Below are positions 54,901 to 64,000 of a stretch of 64,000 bases of DNA, one piece after another. Source of the stretch: Nymphaea colorata (Eukaryota); assembly GCF_008831285.2 (NCBI RefSeq), contig NC_045138.2:15934001-15998000 (forward strand), given 5' to 3'. The position numbers and the translations under genes are program-made. The stretch's first letter is position 1, and the number at the start of each line of letters is the position of its first letter. Under the pieces are notes generated by a model. It searched no databases. It saw nothing but the letters and a program-made list of their open reading frames with translations, and had not been told where the DNA came from.

Positions 54901-57900
54901 TTTAACTCTAAGAGGCAAGTGAGGGTGACCATTAAGCATTAAGATGGACAGACTAAATAAGCAATAAAGGCAGGGAAACAAAGAACAGAGATGGTGGGAT
55001 TTTGTGATGAGGAAGTTCAGTGTCCAAATCGATAATTCAAATAGCTAGAGAGGTTGCAACAGGCTTATATAATCAGATACCGAATGGGAACAATCAGCTA
55101 AGGAGAAGGTTTTGAAATCTTCAGAGGTTTTAGTAGGTTTACACAGGACTCTTGTGAATGGGCTCCACAAGAGAGGAGGTATTCCACAGAGTAGCTCGCC
55201 ACAAATAGAGCCATGGCATCAGTTTGAAGGGAAAGCCCCATGATTGACCTCCTTTGGCATCTAATCTGTGAAGTCTATATGTCTAACTCCATCTTGTCAA
55301 GAAAAAAACAAACTTAGCCAATTTAATGAACCAAAATATCGACTTACAAGAAGGCCTTTTTCATATAGAAATGCTTTCAGTATAGGTGAAGTAGCTGCCA
55401 CCTCACAAGCAACAAACTCAGTAGCAGCCTCTGAAGATAGCTTCTGCTTGCTGGGCTTCGCTCCCAACTTTCCTCTGCAACCCAAAGCACCACAGTAGCA
55501 CTCTTGATCCTTTCCAAATTGAATAAACCTACAAGTAGGTCAGCAAACGGACAATATCACTTTCAGAAGAAACTAATATAGTAAATAACGGACCCAAAAA
55601 AAGAAACTAAAACATGGAAAAAGATAAGTAGATCACTATATAAACAAGCCCATATATCATGTAGACATAAGATGCTGGATTTACTACAAAGAATGTTCCC
55701 AGCACAGTTACAAGAGAAAATGTAGGGTTTCCGTACTGATAATCATAGGTCAAAGGCTCGCCCATCTTAATCTTGCGTTTAGCAAAAATTCCAATTCTGG
55801 TCTCACCATCAACTCTCCTGAAATAAGAAATCATAATCAGTAAGAGATTTATTTTACAAGAAAAAGGTAATTCCATTCAAAGACAGGTAGAGAACCATTT
55901 CTGCATTTCAGTATTGGGCTGACAACTATGGTTCATAAAGCGAGACTTGTTTCCCTTGTATGTGGCATCAATAACCATATCCCTGTTAACCTCACACAGA
56001 TAAAAGTTAGTTTCACCACGGCGCTTCATTTCCCATAGCCTCTCCTCACATGTTTTATCATCAATAACTGCACAAACAATGTGAATGTTTCATGTTTCCT
56101 TTATTAAGAATAACAAAGATGATAAAAAAGTTTCAGATAATGACCTTCACCCACATATTCTATGACAAACTCCCCCTGACTTATATCCTCTTTTGCTACC
56201 AATCCTAATCCACATTTCTCAGTCTGCAAAAATACCAAGTAAGATGGAATCAAGAAGGGGACAAACCTACAAGTCATGATAATTACAATATGAGCTTTTT
56301 AATTTCTAATAAAAGAAACCATACAACAGCTAACCATCGACAAACACAATGTGTAAGATTATTCAAGTCCCTGCTAATTAGCAGCATAGAACCGTAATTT
56401 TCTCAATTGCTTGCTATGAGATTGGAGAGAACACCATGCAACGATAACATTAAGAGAAAAATGTTTAAGATACCAGTTGCCCTGGTATGGACTTCACCAA
56501 CCTTCTGTGTAAGAATAACAAAAAAAGGGAGTTTCAAGCATCGACTCATTAAAAGGAAGAAATATTAGAAAGCATTGAGGCACAATGATTAGAGTCATTA
56601 GACACATCATGAATAACTCAACAATCAAACCCACCACATCCACCCTCCCAAAAGACTGGAGAAGCCTCAAGCAAGAAAGAGTTCAATCGCCAATATTGGA
56701 TTGTGCAAAAGTAAAAGTCTCCCACGTGCACAAGAGAAGCATGAATAATTGCAGTTCATGGAAAGCAAAACAGTGAATAAATGTCTAACAAGTAATGGGG
56801 GAACACTTAGCATTTATACAGCCATACGGAGGAATCTAGACATACTTCAGTAAGACCTTCAGTCATTTATATTTTTTCACAATAGCAGATGAAGGACCAT
56901 AACTCTTTTCCTAAAGCAGAAGTATAATAAGATATAAAATAAAAACTAAAAAGGTATAGGTTGGTTAAATTCAATGTTTTGAACCAACAGAAACTTGAAT
57001 TCAAGAGAAATAAACAAGTGTCTAACAATATGAAAGACAAAAAAACTAGACTGCTTTATTTTCTTGAGAAAGAATCTGTGAATTAAGATGTACCTTCACT
57101 ACTTTCATTTTCTTGCTGACACGACTCTGAAAAGGCCTATTGGCACACGAATCTGCACATCGGCAGCTGGATGAACAGCAAGACAATAACATCCTGCGGA
57201 TAAAGACATTCAGCAATGCAAATTGTTCACGGAAAATAACAAATCAGGCAAGCAACAATGATGTGTATTTTTTGCATATTCATGAAGCACATTAAACAGT
57301 TGATGGCAGTAACCATCAAATGAAACAGATAAGTGAAAGATCCAAAATAAGATCAGTCTTACCCACAATGGCAATCTTTCTGACACACAGTTGATGATCC
57401 AGGAGAAGCAGCACAGGAACAGAAAATTCCATCATCTTCATTACGCCTCTTCGGTTTCTTTGCTAGATAAACATCTTTAAGAAGTTAAGACCTGAAGACA
57501 AACTTGCAATTGCTTGGCTACTTAACGATAAACACCATAATGAAAATGTGAATGTTGCTAGGAATTTGAGGCCTCACCAAATGCACAACCTATGATGCTA
57601 CTAGAGGGGACCAACTCTTGGTGCACAAAGCCTTCATTCTCTGCTTACATGATATTTCACATTGACATAGAACTGGCAAGAACCAAATTGTACTACTCTT
57701 TTCTAAACATTGTACTTGTTAAATATCATACTTATCAATGAGATTCAAAAGAATATTTTCATGTGAATCTCTTTGTAGTCAAGCTCAATTGACATCGAAC
57801 TATTTAGACATTATGTTCATCCATGAATCTCTCTGTAATACTTTAATTTGTCTCTCAATCAGTGTTGTAAATCTCAGTTTCCATCTCCTATTGGAAACCA

Positions 57901-59172
57901 AGAACACCAATACATATTGACAACAGGGATCAGCTTGTCTCAGCCTTAAATTCAAAGTTAAAAAAGTAAACTATTTCTAAGTTAGTCTTTTATTAATATA
58001 TCAGCATGTATAAACCAATACAGGCCAATCAAATCACATGTCGACCAGCTTTTGAAAGGAGCCACCCCCTCATAATGCTTGCATGACGTGCCAATGCTAT
58101 GCATACCGGCCAATATACACAAATACATCCAATTCCAATTGTTTTGACACTAATACGGGAGAAGAAATCAAGAGAAGCAGAATAGAGGAATTTGGGAGAA
58201 ACAAAGTCATGAAAAATAAAAAGATAAGAGATACATGATCAACTTGAAGTCAAAAAGCATTCACTGGATAAATGGTCGACTTGAAGTCAAAAAGCTTTCA
58301 CTGGCCGTAGCTCAAATGCACAGAAAGGAAAAATCATGGTTCTTGTGCTTAACCATGTAATAAATTGGAAACTAATTGATTAAAACTTTGTTTGATTTGA
58401 AAATATACAGGGCCTCGCAAGTCATACAAGGGCCAAGTTACTATCAATTTGATGTTCAAGCAACCCTAAAATGCAGAAACAGATGATGCCACGAACAAGG
58501 AAACTTCTCTTCTATAAAATAAAGATTGATACATGAAACTTTGAGATGAAACAAATTAGTTTGAAGAAGGAAAAGAAACAACGACCAACACTGGGAGCTT
58601 CAAGTTTCATGAAATGTTTGATTCAGCATGTAAAGAACATAAATTAACTCAGACAACAGAATCCATACATTCACTTATTATCTTAACATCTATTCCAATT
58701 CAACAGCGCCAAAGAGAAAAAATACAGATCAGGAAAAATAAAATTCAAAAATAAGCATAAGGATACTGCGCTTTATGAAAGTATATTGCATAGATCTCTG
58801 TTCCTTTAGCCATTCCGGGAGTTCAAAATCAACAGGAATCTCAGGCACATGAAGCATAGTACTGAAAATGAATCTGACATTTCTCTCAGGTTTCTTCCTT
58901 GTCAAGAAAAAACAAAATCTTAGTCATAAGGATGGTATAAGTAAATATCCAAGAAACAGAGACCATAAATAAAAAATACAAGAACCGATGATGAGGATAA
59001 AAAACTTGCACAAGAATAAAGGAGCAAAAATGAATTTCCCAACAAAAGATTGCACAGAGACAAGTTGAACATAAAGCACCTGATGCAACAAAGTGGATCA
59101 ACTTTCTCTAAACTGAAAAAGATTGCTAAGTTGACGAGGTCACTAGACAGAAAGCAACCATGTAACAGGCAT
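51991..59172 (-). CDS. ASHH3: Histone-lysine N-methyltransferase ASHH3/SDG7-like (AWS-SET-postSET plus C-terminal Tudor-like domain; ~375 aa, 12 exons)
   Basis: Exons 59172-59159, 58897-58767, 57474-57363, 57193-57094, 56223-56145, 56067-55896, 55817-55737, 55528-55348, 53208-53181, 53066-52982, 52279-52228 and 52083-51991 (1128 nt in frame). Motifs PVDFELPEWL, FIKRNVYL, EDDGIFCSC, TEKCGLGLV, GEFVIEYVGEV, DATYKGNKSRFMNHSCQPN and PLTYDYQF. The first micro-exon and the exact stop are less certain. Confidence 0.92.
57475..58766 (-). other. U12-type (minor spliceosome) GT-AG intron in ASHH3
   Basis: The 5' splice site is GTATCCTT. The branch-like GTCTTAAC lies about 10 nt upstream of the 3' AG with no polypyrimidine tract. 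Splicing restores ...FIKR-N-VYL... Confidence 0.88.
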
Positions 59173-62100
59173 TTGGATTTTCATAAAAAGTAGAGAAACA
59201 CGATCAAATTTTGTCTATTGATTGAGTGGCCAATCGGCACTAATATATTTAAAACCAGAAGGACGATTAAAAATGTAAAGACACTTTTCAAATGTTAACT
59301 GGAAAAGTTACCACATAATCTTTTTGTGCTTTGATCCTCTTTTCACGATACCTATTTCCCTGCTCAGCAACACCAAACTTCTGAGCTACATAAGAAATAT
59401 AAAAGAAATAGAAGAAGATAAAAGCAACTTGTGACAATTATACACGTAAAAATAAAATGACTTCTGCAATTTTTAAGCCTCTTCTTAGTGAGAAGATTGT
59501 TTTGAGTCTTTTGACATCACACAGATACATGAGACACTAAAATAACCATTCCTCAAGAGGCTGCACATACTTTCTTCATATATGTCAACACCATTGATGC
59601 ATATTGGTAGAGTATGTACTTATAGGGTCACAACATCATGAGCTACATAGCCTGCAAAAAGGACGACATTTTTGTCATCAAGAATGTTAACCATAACTAA
59701 TAAGAAAATAATAAATAATCACGAAAGAAAAGGCAATATAGAGCAGATAAATTTCAGTCACCACTAATACATGAACAGGCACAAAGTAGCAAAATAACCA
59801 GACCACCTGTGCAACCTATTATCTTTTTCCTTTAAAAAATGATGGACATAGAGCAGTACTATTGCAAGCTAGTGGTAGAAAAGGACTATTTAACAATTAC
59901 TTCAACTTTCAGTTTTGAAACATTTAGTTTTGACTTGCGATATCCCAAACATATAAACCAATTTTGAAATGCATTGCAGCTTAGCGTAAGTTGCTTGTGC
60001 CTGTTGCCTTGAGAAGCATCAAACACAAAAAAAGCAAACAGAAAAAGTAAAACTTGAAAAATGAAAATCCCAGTGAAACAAAGTTTGGAGCCAGTATTTA
60101 CATTATCAATTTCAGTATCCCAAGTGCAGCTTCTGCTCATGATTTAAAGGAGGACATCATTTTCTCTATGCAAGGCAAAGTGATCTTTCGTAACCATAGA
60201 TAGACATTCAAATTCCATGCAGCAAGTGAACGGATGGAAGCCTCAAGCCCCCTCCCCTTTCTTTCTTTTCTTGACACTGAAAGCTCTAGTTCTCTGAAAA
60301 GCCTAACAATGAATGTGTGGATGCCATTTTGCAGATAATCTAGGCCTCTCAAAGTAGACATTTGAATGTCGATTTTTTCTGGTTTTAACAAAAATAACTC
60401 GTTAATTTGATCATCACAATAACTTTACATACCGTTTGACATACTCTCACTGATTTTAAATCTCTTTCGTGTTACAAATAACCAGCATTCGTATTCATGA
60501 GACAGTCTCAACGCATGTCTATGTCCCATAGTTAGTCATATTCTTTTATCAAGGAACTCCAAATCTAAACTTTCTTCGATCAGCTAAAGCAATAAAAATG
60601 AGCTAGAGGAACCATTTGAGCACATGTACAAAAGAACAACACAACAAACAAAATTAATATTTCGATAACATCGCAATACAGTCAGCAACAACACCTCGAT
60701 CCCAACAACCCAATAAATATGCTTAAATCACGACGGCGGCTTCAAAAACAGACTTAGCACAATGAAAGCAAACCAACTGAATGACATATTGTAAGCACGC
60801 CACATGAACATGTCGGAACAAAGAATGAAGAAAAAAAATCATAGATTCAACAATCAGTTAGCCGCAGAGAAGAGGTCCGATCGGCAAAACCCTTTTCGAA
60901 CAACCCACACCCCCTCCCCCCGGCCCGGGGAGAAAATAAAAGCAGCGGGGAACCATTTTCCAGCAAGAAAGAGACGGGTCAGAACCAAACTTCGTTGCTC
61001 CACCCACAGTCACGACGAGATAAAGAGCGAGGGAGAGAGAAGGGAACAAAGAAAGAAAAATGGACGAACGATAACCGACAGGAAAATGGGCGACCAGCGT
61101 CCACCTTCCGAGCAGAAGAAAGAGAGAGATAGTACCTGGATGACTGAGAGAAGCCAGACGGTAGTTCGGAGGAAGCCGGAAGATGCCGGATTTAGGGCAC
61201 CAGAGTCGTACTCGAGCGGGGAGGCCGAGAGAGAGCGAGAGAGGGAAGAAGGTGGTCCCGATGTCAACCGCTCCCGCTTTCACAATCCGGCTGCGAGCAG
61301 GAAAAAAGAAGCCGAGGGTAAGAGAAAAAAAAAACCCATTCAAATAAGGTACCATTTTCTTTATGTAATTCCCAATCAAGACTCTCTTCCATAAATATTA
61401 ATAATTACTCACGGGAATCATACGGATTGGCCTTTTCCTACATGTGACAACGGGCTAAATTTTGTTTTCGTTCTCTCGTCCGTAAGAAAAAAACTGTATG
61501 TTTCCATATTATTACTTGGCATCGAACAACGCTTCTAGACTTTGCAACCAAGAAGGAGAAAACAAAAGGAAAAAGATATTTATCTTTCGCCTTGTTTCAT
61601 CCAATTTAACTCATCTTCCAATCTTTATCATGCAAAAGGACATAACACTAATTGTGTTCAAAGCTTCGAACATGGTGCAATCCCAGGTGATAAAATTTTG
61701 TTAGATACCGTTTTTTCACATTAATGAATACTTAGAGAAACTGACATTATTTCTCTCTGCGGGTTACGACTTACGGGGATTAATAAAGGAGTCACTCATT
61801 TGCAGTAATTTCTTTAAAAATTTTCGCGGGTCAGATTGGAAATTCAAAAATGGAGATTCCATTTGGGATTATGCCTGAAAATGGTTGTCGGAATGTAAAA
61901 ATTTTCCAAAGGAGAAGGAAGCGCAGCCCGCCCGCCCGCCTTGCCTTGGAGTTTAAACGGGCGAGTTGGACGGCCTTTGACTTGTTTCGGGCCGTGTCAT
62001 CTGAGCCCACAATCGCAACGGAGCGAACCGATCTCAGAAGACGGAGCGAACCGGTAGCATCACCGCCATCAGTATCGGTTTGACCCGTCCGTGTCGACTA

Positions 62101-62743
62101 TTTCCCCTTTTTCATTTGAAAACCATTTCAAAGTATTTATAAAACAAATAATATATTTAATATCTCAAGCCCATATCGACCAGCGTCACTTCAGTTCATG
62201 GCAGGCACAACAACCACTTTTAAGTTTTTAAATACCAATTTGTTTGGAAAGCACAAAAAAACAACTCTCGTTACTATCCTACGAAAAAGTGAACTTAATT
62301 TGTTATCATTGGAACTGTATTAAATAATAATCAACTTCAACACAATAATCGAACTGATACTGTATCTTTTACCTCAGACAATATTAGGTCCACATCCAGC
62401 TTTCAGTGTACCAGCAAAATTTTGAAGCTCCTCCACCGACTAATCTCCATGTGACTGGTCTATCGTGAGAGTGGAACAGAGAAAAAGCAATTGCTTTAGA
62501 AAAATGTAAAAGATAAGCTTCAGTGCTTCACGGGATTCATTTCTCGTGAGAGCTTTGAACCTGAAGTTCATTGGTTGGGGACAAGGGTCGTGGTGCATAT
62601 AACAGGGTTTCATTTGCATGCATGGAAGTTGCTTCACAGAAGGCCGCATCTTCAGTATCTTTTTAATAACGGAGTCATCAGACTCATCCTCCAACCCCAA
62701 CACAGGCCTGAACCTAGGAGAGACATAAAGAAATCAGGATGCT

Positions 62744-64000
62744 TCAGCATGGGTAGGTAGTAATCCTCTCCCTTACCTGAATACAGAGGAACAAATAATT
62801 AAAAAATATATGTAGATTCGGACAATCTAAACATCTTGATTGTTGGAGGATCGAACCGGTTTGGATGAGACGCCAAGTCCTGGGGCTCATTTTTTCTGCC
62901 AAAACAAGCTCTTTTTTGAAAAAGAAATGATTGAAGGAAAGACTCGGTCTCCGACTTGGATTTAAGTTTTAACATCATTCAAACGGGTAATCACTGATTG
63001 AGGCAGTCTTGAAACGCCAACCGAACATAGCTGCACGAGCATATGTAAAAAAGAGGCACTGAGAGACGCTTTAAATCCAGGACACGAACAAGCATCATTC
63101 TGTTCAATTAAAGGCAGTTCCATGAAGAGAAACTGCTACAAATCACTTTTTGTCTAAAATTTCACCAACAGCGATGAAAATGAAAAATGAAATCCAATCT
63201 GACGATAGTAATAAGTTTATTCAGTAATTTGCATAACAAAAAATAGATACTTCCACATGATTTATGCCTACCACCTTCATCAGCTATAGAAGTTTATGGA
63301 ATCTGAAGCTCATAAGTTTTGTCTAACAGGATGACCTCTCTGTATTTCAATAAACTTAACCTCAAAAACACATCACAGAGACTGTAATGCCCAATGAACA
63401 TCATAGAGAGTCCAACAAATAAACCAGAACAAGGTGGATCACGCGCAAGAAATACAAAAAAATCCATGTAAGAATAGGACAATAATGTGCAGCAAACCCA
63501 TCTTTAGAGAGTATAACATGAAATAACAGAAGAAAAGAGAGAAACGAAATCAGATGCCGTGTGGGAATTGAATGCCACCACGATGGTAGCAACTGTTCCT
63601 GGACCTACCATGTTTTTGCCAGCAATGACAGGCGGACAGCGTTATTAAGAAAATAGCACCTCAACAGCGTCTGTACACTACTAATCAATTATGAGCCTAA
63701 CAACTAACTTTCCAATAAATATAACAGCAAATATTTGTTGAATTGAAGAGGGAGACGAAGGCCGCTGTGAAGGAGTGCCAGCGATAATAAAGGTACAATA
63801 TCTCGGGCACTAAAGATGAGGACTCTATAAGCTCAGCAAAGGAACTTCAAATAGCTGCGGGTTTTGCAGTATCCAAGGGAAAACCCGAAAAGCCAATCAA
63901 TTAATGTGGGATCTTGATGTTTAGAAAGCAAAGCGAGAAGTTGGGCTGCACTTACCAATTCTGGCGTGTACTCGGACTCTCTACATCGTGAAGGAGGGAA
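62744..64000 (-). CDS. 3' end of an unidentified gene running off the window
   Basis: Exon 64000-63956 ends at TTG|GTAAGT. A pyrimidine-rich acceptor TTCCTCTGTATTCAG precedes 62776. The only open junction reads ...FPPSRCRESEYTPEL|VRERITTYPC*. Intervening exons cannot be excluded. Confidence 0.45.

Noticed and set aside
53900..55280. Possible LINE remnant in an ASHH3 intron (AFLWN...GW-like traces)
   Set aside because: Many stops and frameshifts. It needs tBLASTx/RepeatMasker to support.
60804..61394. 196-aa and 173-aa ORFs at the ASHH3 5' end
   Set aside because: Low-complexity GA/CT-rich leader and promoter sequence with no domain signal.

Overview
Eukaryotic nuclear DNA from a flowering plant: intron-rich genes, TA/GA microsatellites and many MITEs. 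An early-diverging angiosperm such as Nymphaea is a guess only and is unverified. I could build eight protein-coding genes with in-frame GT-AG exon chains or a single intact ORF: UFM1 (+), a DUF247/UPF0481 gene (-), an AUX1/LAX3-like auxin influx carrier (+), a cold-shock-domain/Gly-rich/2xCCHC protein (-), BCD1/ZNHIT6 (-), a DnaJ11-like J-protein (+), thioredoxin m (-) and an ASHH3/SDG7-like SET methyltransferase (-). The probable 3' end of an unidentified gene lies at the right edge. The intergenic DNA holds hAT-, Tourist- and Mutator-like non-autonomous elements and a solo LTR with a perfect 5-bp TSD. The most interesting signals: (1) about 1.3 kb downstream of the cold-shock gene is structured and motif-rich, with one 10-nt element that has three mutually exclusive pairing partners, four exact UUCUUUCAU copies and a miRNA-like hairpin; (2) a 17-nt perfect match to miR482 sits in a non-coding island upstream of LAX and may mark a PHAS/TAS-like locus or a degenerate MIR482; (3) ASHH3 has a U12-type intron and an apparently intact PDS5/MSH6-type Tudor domain. 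No prokaryotic-type system, CRISPR array, tRNA or rRNA gene was seen. All coordinates were read by eye.
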